Origin: Candidatus Micrarchaeota archaeon
GTDB taxonomy: Archaea > Micrarchaeota > Micrarchaeia > Anstonellales > Bilamarchaeaceae
NCBI GenBank assembly: GCA_043827025.1
Contig: JBDRPL010000011.1
Coordinates: forward strand, 1-64,000
Length of the DNA stretch: 64,000 bases
Reading direction: 5' to 3'
The position numbers were made by a program, and so were the translations under genes. This document shows, in pieces, positions 10,477 through 18,336 of the stretch (the stretch's first letter is position 1; the number at the start of each line of letters is the position of its first letter). The notes beneath the pieces are model-generated. The model saw nothing but the letters and a program-made list of their open reading frames with translations, made no database searches and had not been told where the DNA came from.

Positions 10477-10525
10477 TATCCATTACCCGGAAGGCAATAA
10501 AAACATTCATATTGAATATGTGTTC

Positions 10526-11680
10526 ATGAAAATCACCAAGGACCTTTCACTTGCACCTTTGTTCACTTTTGATGTTTCAAAGGAAACTCCAATATTCAAT
10601 TGGTTTCACTATAAGGAAGGCTATTCACCTGGTTTGATTGACTACTGTTTGAAAGGAAGAGGCCATTCGGAAGTGGAAAAAATCCTCGATCCTTTCTGCG
10701 GAGTTGGGACAACGCTTCTAAGGTCAAAACAGCTTGGCGTTTCTTCAATTGGGGCTGATTCTTCGCCTTTGGCAGTCTTCGTTTCAAGGACAAAATGCGC
10801 TGATTATTCAGAAGAGGATGTTGATGCTGCAAATGGATTTATTGAGAAACTCGAATTAACTGCTGAGCCTACAATCAAATGGGACTTTGAATTGTTTTCA
10901 CCAAGGGCAGCCTTTCCAAGGTCGAATTATGATGCAATACTGAGCATACGCGAACAGATTGAGAATGCAGAGCTTCCTGTAGGTTCTGCGAATCTACTTT
11001 TGCTTGCTCTTCTTTCTATTCTTCCTCAATGCAGCATAATCAAGAAGGATGGCGGGGTTCTGAAGATTGACAAGAAGAAGAGTGCAATGCCTGCGAAAAA
11101 CACCTTCAGGAAAAGAGTAAAAGAAATGATTAGTGATTTGCAGAATGTTCCTGCTGTCGGCCCGATTCCTGAAGTTTATCTTGGAGACGCCAGGGAACTC
11201 AAAATGATCGAAAATGAATCAGTTGGGATTACAATAACCTCTCCGCCTTATCTGAACAATATCGACTATTCGAAAATTTATGGACTTGAGCTTAGTCTGC
11301 TTGCACTTGACAAATCAATTACGAAACAAACTCGCTCTGGCAGCCTTCGATCATTCATTACAAGCGACTCCCGGGTTGATGAGATGCCTCCAGAGGTTGG
11401 CGAGATTGGCGATAGAATCCCGATTATTGGAACTTATTTCTCGGATTTGGAAAAGTCAATGAAGGAAGTTTATAGAGTTCTGAAGCCTGGTGGAGAGTTT
11501 CACATGAATGTTACTAATTCAGTTATTCATAAAACTCATGTTCTTGTTGATGAAGTGCTTGCAGAGATTGGGGAAAGGCTTGGGTTTGAATCAGACGTAA
11601 TAATAGGTGCAGAAAGGATTGCAGATGTCAGACCGCACAAGGTAAAGACAAGGGAATCGATTGTTGTTATGAGGAAATAA
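10526..11680 (+). CDS. DNA amino-methyltransferase (m4C-type motif)
   Basis: DPFCGVGT (motif I), later ITSPPY (motif IV); NWFHYKEGYS; start set at ATG 10526. Confidence 0.85.
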   Translation: MKITKDLSLAPLFTFDVSKETPIFNWFHYKEGYSPGLIDYCLKGRGHSEVEKILDPFCGVGTTLLRSKQLGVSSIGADSSPLAVFVSRTKCADYSEEDVDAANGFIEKLELTAEPTIKWDFELFSPRAAFPRSNYDAILSIREQIENAELPVGSANLLLLALLSILPQCSIIKKDGGVLKIDKKKSAMPAKNTFRKRVKEMISDLQNVPAVGPIPEVYLGDARELKMIENESVGITITSPPYLNNIDYSKIYGLELSLLALDKSITKQTRSGSLRSFITSDSRVDEMPPEVGEIGDRIPIIGTYFSDLEKSMKEVYRVLKPGGEFHMNVTNSVIHKTHVLVDEVLAEIGERLGFESDVIIGAERIADVRPHKVKTRESIVVMRK

Positions 11681-11743
11681 TATTTAGTCTTATTTGCACA
11701 AGTATATTACCTTTTTATTTGTTAGTGAATATAGCTGTTTGTC

Positions 11744-14041
11744 ATGGTTGATGGCAAAAATGATTCTATTTTTGGATTAGTATGTATTGAGGATTCAAGT
11801 CCTGGGGTTAAAACAGTCGTTTTATCTCTTTCGCATGTTCAACGCGATTATTTTAATGCTGCAAGACTAGATTATGAATTTGGTGCTTTGTTTTCCAGGG
11901 AACAGGGTTTTTTCAAAAATTCATCGTTATCTGGCTTTGACATGATTGCTTATAAGGACGTTAATGACAAAAGATACGAGGTATGGTTGGTGCCTGGGGC
12001 GGATGAAATCCGCATTTCTGTTCAGGAAGCCTATGTTCCTCAGGTTCTGTCTTTCTTAGGGCTTGAGCAACAATCACCATCACCACAATCCTCAACTTCT
12101 GTTCTCCAAGAACTCGGAATCATAGAAGCCTATCGAACAGAGTTCCCGAATGGTGCCGTTGAATTCAGGTTTAGAATGGCAAATCCAATCACTCATGAGC
12201 ATGTCGCTAGACTGAATCGTGATTTTTTTCCTGAATTTAAGGAATATAAGTGGTTAACTCAAAAACAATCTGATCCAAGACATTATCTTAATCCTAATCT
12301 TGAAGTTGATGATAATCAATGGACAAGAACTATGGTCTATTCTTCTGGAAACATGCTTCTTTTACGTGGGCCGAAAGAGGTGACTGATAAGATTGAAGCA
12401 GCGCTTTCTGAAATCAATGTTGTTCGTGAGATGGCAACTGTCTTGAAATACAAATATGCTTTCAATTTGGACAATGTCTCGTCTGCACGTACCATTGCAC
12501 AACTGATATGCTCTGGTTTTGGCGATTTTGCAATGGAAGAATGCGATGAAATGGAAAGAGGCACATTGCATTCAACTGGAGCCAAGGACTATGATCAAAA
12601 GGATTACGCGGGCCACTTTGTTTTGTCAGATGGCTCAAGAATAGTTGTGCATGTGTGTTCCATTTCAGGCGAAGCCATTGTTAAGGGGCAGGTTGCAGCA
12701 ATTATTCGTTTCAATCAAACTGATGCGGCTCGAGAGTTTACTTCTAGTACTCAGCTTGGTCTTGCGCCTATGGAAGAAATGCTCCTTTCTGCAGGTAAAT
12801 GTGGTGTTAATCAATTCAGCATTCATGAAAAATCCGTTGATGAACAGACTCGAGCCACAAATTATGTTCTTATAAATTCACAAGGCGGAGCAAGACTGAC
12901 AGTTCAAGTTTATCCTGATGGAAAAACAGAATTAGGGGGTTATTCGGCTTCTGACATTGTTTGGTTCGGCGCACGTTTGAATGCAGAAGTAGATAAAGCA
13001 ATTGCTGCAAGGAAAGCTGCAGAGCAGGCACAGCCTAATCCAGCGACAAGATCTTCTGGTCCGACAGTGATTCATGAGAATATTGTTATTTTGGAAGTTG
13101 AAAGAGCACCTAGCAATGTAGATTTCAACTTACTTATTGATACTTTCTTTCCAAGGTTCTGCAGGTTGCCTGAAACTGAAGCTGGGAAGGTAAGCATAAG
13201 ACGATCCCTGCAAGGGGACGAGTTCGAGTCAATAACCATCTCCAGAAAGGGTACAAATTTGATTGTTCGAAAAAACAACCAATCTCCTTCATTCGATCAC
13301 TTTGTTCAAGAAAGAGCAGCAAAAGCCGAGGAGCTTCTGCGTGACAGGTTCAAGCAGGTTGAGGTTGTAATTGATTTGGGAAGAAAGCCTTTTGAAATTG
13401 ATCACAAGATATTGGCAAGGAGATTCTTTGCATGGTGTGAAGATGTTACGCCAACAATGAATGGGTTGTGGTTAAAAGCTGTTTCAGGCGCTCAAGAAAG
13501 CGTAAACACTCGTTCTCTTGACTATGGAATACGAGTAACAGGAAAACTTGAATATGTTTGGGATGTTTATGATAGGCAGAGGCGTGCAGCAAAACTTCTT
13601 ACAATAGAAAAACTTATGATTGATCTTGGAAAACAGCCACAGAAAGAGCACCTTGACAGGTTAAGAGAGGTTTGCCTTGGTGGTGCAGTTGTCGTTTCAA
13701 CTGATGCCATTCGCCAGCAGGTTGCCATTGGACCAGATAACGATCCAATAACTCTAGTTGCTCTGCCAGGCCAAACTAAAATATTTGTTGAAGGAAGGCT
13801 TGATTCGCTTTTAGAGCTAGGCATCATGGAAAAGGAAACCAAAAAAGTTGATGGAAAACCAAAATCAAGGTATGTTCCAACTGGAAGATTCAGATCCGGA
13901 GAAACTGCAGTAAGACAATTATCTGTTCCAAGAGTTGGAAGCGATGCTGTTGATCCAGGTGCAAGGCCGAAAGAAAAGAAACAAAAACAGGAATTCGGGG
14001 CTAAGAAAGCACAGCATGGAGCGAAGCTAAAACCTAGATGA
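11744..14041 (+). CDS. Large hypothetical protein of repeated alpha/beta units
   Basis: 765 aa; recurring units such as RLNRDFFPEF, LLIDTFFPRF, ILARRFF. Confidence 0.75.
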   Translation: MVDGKNDSIFGLVCIEDSSPGVKTVVLSLSHVQRDYFNAARLDYEFGALFSREQGFFKNSSLSGFDMIAYKDVNDKRYEVWLVPGADEIRISVQEAYVPQVLSFLGLEQQSPSPQSSTSVLQELGIIEAYRTEFPNGAVEFRFRMANPITHEHVARLNRDFFPEFKEYKWLTQKQSDPRHYLNPNLEVDDNQWTRTMVYSSGNMLLLRGPKEVTDKIEAALSEINVVREMATVLKYKYAFNLDNVSSARTIAQLICSGFGDFAMEECDEMERGTLHSTGAKDYDQKDYAGHFVLSDGSRIVVHVCSISGEAIVKGQVAAIIRFNQTDAAREFTSSTQLGLAPMEEMLLSAGKCGVNQFSIHEKSVDEQTRATNYVLINSQGGARLTVQVYPDGKTELGGYSASDIVWFGARLNAEVDKAIAARKAAEQAQPNPATRSSGPTVIHENIVILEVERAPSNVDFNLLIDTFFPRFCRLPETEAGKVSIRRSLQGDEFESITISRKGTNLIVRKNNQSPSFDHFVQERAAKAEELLRDRFKQVEVVIDLGRKPFEIDHKILARRFFAWCEDVTPTMNGLWLKAVSGAQESVNTRSLDYGIRVTGKLEYVWDVYDRQRRAAKLLTIEKLMIDLGKQPQKEHLDRLREVCLGGAVVVSTDAIRQQVAIGPDNDPITLVALPGQTKIFVEGRLDSLLELGIMEKETKKVDGKPKSRYVPTGRFRSGETAVRQLSVPRVGSDAVDPGARPKEKKQKQEFGAKKAQHGAKLKPR

Positions 14042-14050
14042 GGTTATAAT

Positions 14051-14340
14051 ATGGGTGTTGGACGCGAGGGTGACAATTGGTTTGATAGTAGCAGTAGGTG
14101 AGGGATTTCACGTCAAGCACAGAGATTTAGGCCTGTGGATGTGGGTTTTGGTTTCAATCAAATACGTCTTCAACCTCTGATTGATTTGTTCTTTCCTGGA
14201 TTCACTGCACGCGATCCGGTCCAAACAAATGATCGTTTTGATCATATGCGTGGAAGGCCATCAAGAGATGTTGCCAGAAACGAAGCTCCGAGGCAACGGC
14301 CAGGGCAGAGGTGGACAAGATAGATTCGTTGTTCAACGTA
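14051..14340 (+). pseudogene. Degenerate paralog of the repeat unit of 11744..14041
   Basis: ATG 14051, in-frame TGA 14099-14101, then LQPLIDLFFPGF; IICVEGH lies in another frame. Confidence 0.45.
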
Positions 14341-14410
14341 CCTCATTTGCTCACCTTTTTATTCCTTATTATATAGTATTTTTCTCTAATCTTTTAGGAG
14401 GTTTTAGAAA

Positions 14411-15640
14411 ATGGTATTTGAAAATGCGCAGAAACAATTGGACAAGGCGAAGAAGCACATTGAATTGGCACAGGAAACTGTTGCGACATTGGAACATCCA
14501 AAGGAAGCATTGCAATTCTCCATCCCTGTAAGAATGGATGATGGGAAATTGAAAATATTTCTGGGATATAGGGTAAGATATAATGATGTAAGGGGCCCAA
14601 CAAAAGGAGGTATCAGATATCATCCTGGAGTAACATTCGACGAAGTTAAGGCATTATCATTTTGGATGACAATCAAATGCGCAGTTATTGATATTCCTTA
14701 TGGCGGAGGAAAAGGCGGGATAACTGTTGATCCGCATAAATTATCAAAAGCGGAATTGGAAAGGCTGTCAAGAGGCTGGGTAAGAGGCGCTTATGACATT
14801 ATAGGTCCAGACAGAGATATTCCAGCACCTGATGTTTACACAACACCGCAGATAATGGCATGGATGATGGATGAATATTCAACCATTGCAAGAAAAGCTT
14901 CACCAGCAGTAATTACAGGAAAGCCATTGTCAATCGGCGGTTCATTGGGAAGGGCATATGCAACTGCATTGGGCGGTTATTATTCGGTGAAAGAAGCAGT
15001 CAAGAAATTGTCTGTTGGCAAAAGAGTTGTTATCCAAGGATTCGGAAATGCAGGTGCACACATGGCAAGATTGATGGCACAGGATGGTTTCAAATTGATT
15101 GCAACATCTGATTCTAAAGGTGGAGCACTATTTGAAGCGGGATTCGATTACAAGAAACTTGAAGAAGTAAAGGAAAAACAAGGCAGAGTTGACGCATATC
15201 AGGGTTGCAAAAAGATTTCAAACGATGAATTGCTTGAATTGGATTGCGATATTCTTGTTCTCGCAGCTTTGGAGAATCAAGTCACAGATAAGAACGCTTC
15301 AAAAGTAAAGGCAAAGATGATTGTAGAATTGGCAAATGGTCCAGTAACTCCAGAAGCAGACGACATCCTTCATAAGCACAACATATTCCTGATTCCAGAT
15401 GTTCTTGCAAATGCAGGCGGAGTATGCGTTTCATACTTTGAATGGGTGCAGAACAGGTATGGCTATTATTGGGCAGAGGATGAAGTGAACAAGAAACTCG
15501 AAGATAAAATGGTCAAGGAGTTCAATGCAGTCTATGCAATCTCGAAGCAAAAGAATGTCGAGATGAGGACTGCTGCCTATGTTCTTGCATTGGGAAGGAT
15601 AGACCAGGCAACAAAGGACATGGGGACGGCTTACAAGTGA
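14411..15640 (+). CDS. gdhA: Glutamate dehydrogenase
   Basis: [50 protein letters not shown]. Confidence 0.97.
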   Translation: MVFENAQKQLDKAKKHIELAQETVATLEHPKEALQFSIPVRMDDGKLKIFLGYRVRYNDVRGPTKGGIRYHPGVTFDEVKALSFWMTIKCAVIDIPYGGGKGGITVDPHKLSKAELERLSRGWVRGAYDIIGPDRDIPAPDVYTTPQIMAWMMDEYSTIARKASPAVITGKPLSIGGSLGRAYATALGGYYSVKEAVKKLSVGKRVVIQGFGNAGAHMARLMAQDGFKLIATSDSKGGALFEAGFDYKKLEEVKEKQGRVDAYQGCKKISNDELLELDCDILVLAALENQVTDKNASKVKAKMIVELANGPVTPEADDILHKHNIFLIPDVLANAGGVCVSYFEWVQNRYGYYWAEDEVNKKLEDKMVKEFNAVYAISKQKNVEMRTAAYVLALGRIDQATKDMGTAYK

Positions 15641-15691
15641 TCTTTTATATTTTGTTTTCTTTTTTTCCATTGCTCGTACAACGTAATATTT

Positions 15692-15719
15692 GAATATATT
15701 ACTCTAGAGTAATATGTTC
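15692..15719. repeat. 28-bp near-perfect palindrome
   Basis: gaatATATTACTCT|AGAGTAATATgttc; perfect 20-bp core at 15696-15715. Confidence 0.8.
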
Positions 15720-15815
15720 TGTGGTAATATAGTATTTATTGGTGAGTTTGGATGATTTCTGAACAGTAACTGCTTATAAGTAATTTTCTCCTGTTTTTGC
15801 TTCTTGTAGTCCACG

Positions 15816-15866
15816 GTTACATGTTATCGTAACAAATATTGCATTAATGTTACGTTTGAGTGTAAC
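15816..15866. promoter_or_regulatory. Two GTTAC-N8-GTAAC inverted-repeat sites upstream of the DGR target gene
   Basis: 15816-15833 and 15849-15866, 33 bp apart, followed by aagctttatt. Confidence 0.55.
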
Positions 15867-15984
15867 AAAGCTTTATTCTGGGATATCTCAGATGGAGATG
15901 TGTCAAACCATATATTTTTAAGGACATTGGCTCTTAATATCTACTAAAATTAGTATGATTAAAATAAATTTATGAGGTAAGATT

Positions 15985-16770
15985 ATGGCAGTTGTTCAAA
16001 CTCAAAAAAAGATTGTTGATTTGGGAGATGCACCTTATCTAAGGGCCAGAGAAATATCTGTACAAAGAGGCATGAAATTAGCAAGCAATGTCCTTCATGA
16101 TGATTATCTTGTTGGATCAAACAGATATCAAAAAGTAAGACGTGTTTATGCCGCTTGGGCAAGAGAATTATTGGTTTATCCAGAACAAAATGGTCAGTTT
16201 GTCAGGGGCAAAGACGTTGTTGATTCTCATAAAGATAATACAGGAAGAGAATGGGTTTTACCAGCAAGTGATGTTCCAGAACAAGCAATAGGCAGGCAAA
16301 AAGTAGGCTTGTTTGTTGATCCTGAAAATATAGAGGTTACTGATAAAAGAGTAGTGATTCATCCAGCTTCTGTTGTTGTTTTAGATTCATTTATCCAAAC
16401 ATTAGGAAATGGTGGAAAAGTAGATGAAGCAACAAGGATTCCATTAGAAGTTGCCCCTGAACTTTGGGAAAAACTTTCTGATTCAGAGAAGAGATGGCTG
16501 TTCAGAACCGCAGGCGTTGGTGTAAGGCCTCTAGTCCGCTACGTCTACGACATCAACAACAGGCGTGTCGTCGATGCGGGCAACAGGCCCGGCCTTGGTT
16601 ACGGGGTGGCAGCAGAGGCCACCGAAGGTGGCGCGCCGCGTGTAACCAGTACTTCTAAATTGGTAATCTCTGTACAAGAACCTGGAAAATTAACTCTTGT
16701 TTCACCCTCCGGTTCTGACGAACAAATTCAAGCTGCTTTGAGAGTTCTAAGGTCGCAGAATTTACTCTAG
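15985..16770 (+). CDS. DGR target (variable) protein
   Basis: 261 aa; VR encodes RPLVRYVYDINNRRVVDAGNRPGLGYGVA, followed by about 52 further residues. Confidence 0.92.
   Translation: MAVVQTQKKIVDLGDAPYLRAREISVQRGMKLASNVLHDDYLVGSNRYQKVRRVYAAWARELLVYPEQNGQFVRGKDVVDSHKDNTGREWVLPASDVPEQAIGRQKVGLFVDPENIEVTDKRVVIHPASVVVLDSFIQTLGNGGKVDEATRIPLEVAPELWEKLSDSEKRWLFRTAGVGVRPLVRYVYDINNRRVVDAGNRPGLGYGVAAEATEGGAPRVTSTSKLVISVQEPGKLTLVSPSGSDEQIQAALRVLRSQNLL
16526..16610 (+). repeat. DGR variable repeat (VR)
   Basis: Aligns to 17016-17053 plus 17102-17148; all 15 mismatches lie opposite TR adenines. Confidence 0.95.
16618..16632 (+). promoter_or_regulatory. Candidate DGR target-recognition hairpin 3' of VR
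   Basis: GCCACC-GAA-GGTGGC, 7 nt after the VR end, with no equivalent after TR. Confidence 0.8.
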
Positions 16771-16802
16771 TTTTTTAATCTCTTTTATTTACTTTATTAA
16801 TT

Positions 16803-17168
16803 CCTAGGTGCAAGCCTAGGCCACACACTCGTCTACAGCGCTGGTAGCTTAATAGCAGGCCAGACATGAATGAAAATCTTTAGAGATTTTCAGTATTTCG
16901 AAATCTAAAGATTTCTCAATGAAATTCAACAGCAACAGTGAGTAAGTTACCAACCGAAATCCTGAAGCTGTGGTGTCGGTACTTCGGTACCCTTTGAGTA
17001 GATGGGTTACCATTGGGCCTCTAGTCCGCAACGTCAACGACATCAACAACAGGAGTAATCTCTGGTTGCTTTTTCAAAATAACCAGTATTGCTGTGAAAG
17101 GCGTAACGTCAATGCGAACAACAGGCACGACAATGGTTACGAAATGACCTTACTGGCTTGCATTCTAG
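16803..17168 (+). ncRNA. Predicted structured DGR RNA (leader + TR + spacer)
   Basis: Hairpins at 16803-16820 (GCAA loop), 16871-16892, 16900-16915 and 16978-16991 (cUUCGg); tgcaagcc 16809-16816 is complementary to ggcttgca 17155-17162. Confidence 0.55.
17016..17148 (+). repeat. DGR template repeat (TR) interrupted by a 48-nt hairpin insert (17054-17101)
   Basis: AAY-rich (9 AAC/AAT codons in the aligned parts); two blocks colinear with VR, separated by sequence absent from VR. Confidence 0.95.
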
Positions 17169-17188
17169 TTTAATTTTCTTTTTATTCT

Positions 17189-18293
17189 ATGAACAATATG
17201 AAATCTTACCGGCATTTGTATTCCAAATTGTGTTCATACGAAAATCTTGAGCTTGCGTTCAAGTGTGCAAGGAAACGAAAAACCCTCAAACCATACGTTA
17301 TAGAATTTGGGTCTGATCTTGACAATAATCTAAAACGGCTGAAATGCGAACTAGAAAATTTTACTTACTCGCCCTTACCCCTAACGACTTTTATTGTGCG
17401 CGACCCTAAAACAAGAAAGATAAGTGCATCCCATTTCAGAGACAGGGTCGTACATCATGCATTATACAATGTCATAACTCAGATTTTTGAGAAAGATTTC
17501 ATTCATGATTCTTTTGCAAACCGGAAAGGCAAAGGAACTCATTCAGCAATAAAGCGATTTGAACAGTTTTTAGCACAAACCACACTCAACCATAAAAAAA
17601 CCATAGAGAGAGAGAGAGAGTCAAATTGGTTATGTACTAAAAGCTGACATACGCCATTATTTTGAAACAGTCGATCGCGAAATTTTATTGGGCATATTGA
17701 AACGCAAGTTAAAGGATACACATATTATCTGGCTTATAAGAAAAATATTGGACAACAACAAGACCGCTATGGTCGAAAAGGGTATGCCCATTGGAAATTT
17801 AACCTCTCAATTCTTTGCTAACGTTTATCTGAACGAACTCGACCAGTTTGTAAAGCACAAGCTGAAAGCCAAGTATTATATTCGTTATGTTGATGATTTT
17901 GTGGTTTTACACAGTGACAAGAACATTCTTGAAAAATGGAAGAATGAAATCGATGCATTTTTAAGATCAAATTTGGCTGTAGAACTGCACCCTGAAAAAT
18001 CAAGAATACTTTCATTACGAAGAGGGATAACATTTCTGGGTTTCAGAATCTTTTCGAAATATAAACTTCTCAAGAAAAGCAATGCAAGAAGAATATGGAA
18101 ACGTTTGGAAAGATTTAAGCAGAAATGCAATAAAGGAGAGATCACACGAGCTGAAGTCGTTCAAAGTTTGGAAGGTTGGCTTGCCTATGCTGAATTTGCG
18201 AATTCCTATAAATTCAGGAAAAGAGTTATCGTTAAATTCAATGAATTATTTGATACAAATAAAGAAAATTCAGAGAAGCTGAGCAAAGCTTAA
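17189..18293 (+). CDS. DGR reverse transcriptase, frameshifted at (AG)8 (phase-OFF allele or pseudogene)
   Basis: Part 1: PKTRKISASHFRDRVVHHAL, SFANRKGKGTH. Part 2, other frame from about 17622: GYVLKADIRHYFETVD, GMPIGNLTSQFFAN, YIRYVDDF, FLGFRI. Confidence 0.93.
17605..17620 (+). repeat. (AG)8 microsatellite at the RT frameshift
   Basis: ccat-(ag)8-tcaaatt. Confidence 0.95.
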
Positions 18294-18336
18294 ATACTCC
18301 CTATGCAGTAATTATACTAGAACATGCATGATGTCT

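Larger units (their letters stand above)
15985..18293 (+). mobile_element. Diversity-generating retroelement: target-VR / structured leader / TR / RT, no avd
   Basis: TR/VR pair with adenine-only mismatches, GAA-loop hairpin 3' of VR, DGR-class RT. Confidence 0.95.

Noticed and set aside
10238..10525. N-terminal extension of the methyltransferase ORF
   Set aside because: It overlaps the EndA-like gene on the opposite strand; ATG 10526 is the plausible start.
14099..14101. In-frame TGA as selenocysteine or genome-wide recoding
   Set aside because: TGA terminates clear genes here (gdhA, rtcB, rpl11), there is no redox motif context, and a frameshift also affects this ORF.
17049..17098. TR insert as a canonical bulge-helix-bulge intron
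   Set aside because: A BHL-like fold exists (ACAG/CTGT helix, GAG bulge, TAAT/ATTG), but standard cuts after 17054 and 17097 remove 43 nt and leave 5 nt more than VR. Registers removing 48 nt did not give a clean 4-bp helix. Non-canonical splicing is not excluded.
16970..17173. 67-aa ORF over TR as a protein or as Avd
   Set aside because: TRs are naturally stop-poor in the VR frame; it is too short and has no Avd-like pattern.
17594..17600. A7 run as the RT frameshift site
   Set aside because: Shifting there runs into TAG at 17604-17606; only a shift in or just after the AG tract restores the RT.
17189..18293. RT as a group II intron, retron or CRISPR-associated RT
   Set aside because: Short length, GNLTSQ motif, no maturase/endonuclease domain or intron domain V seen, and a TR/VR pair is adjacent.
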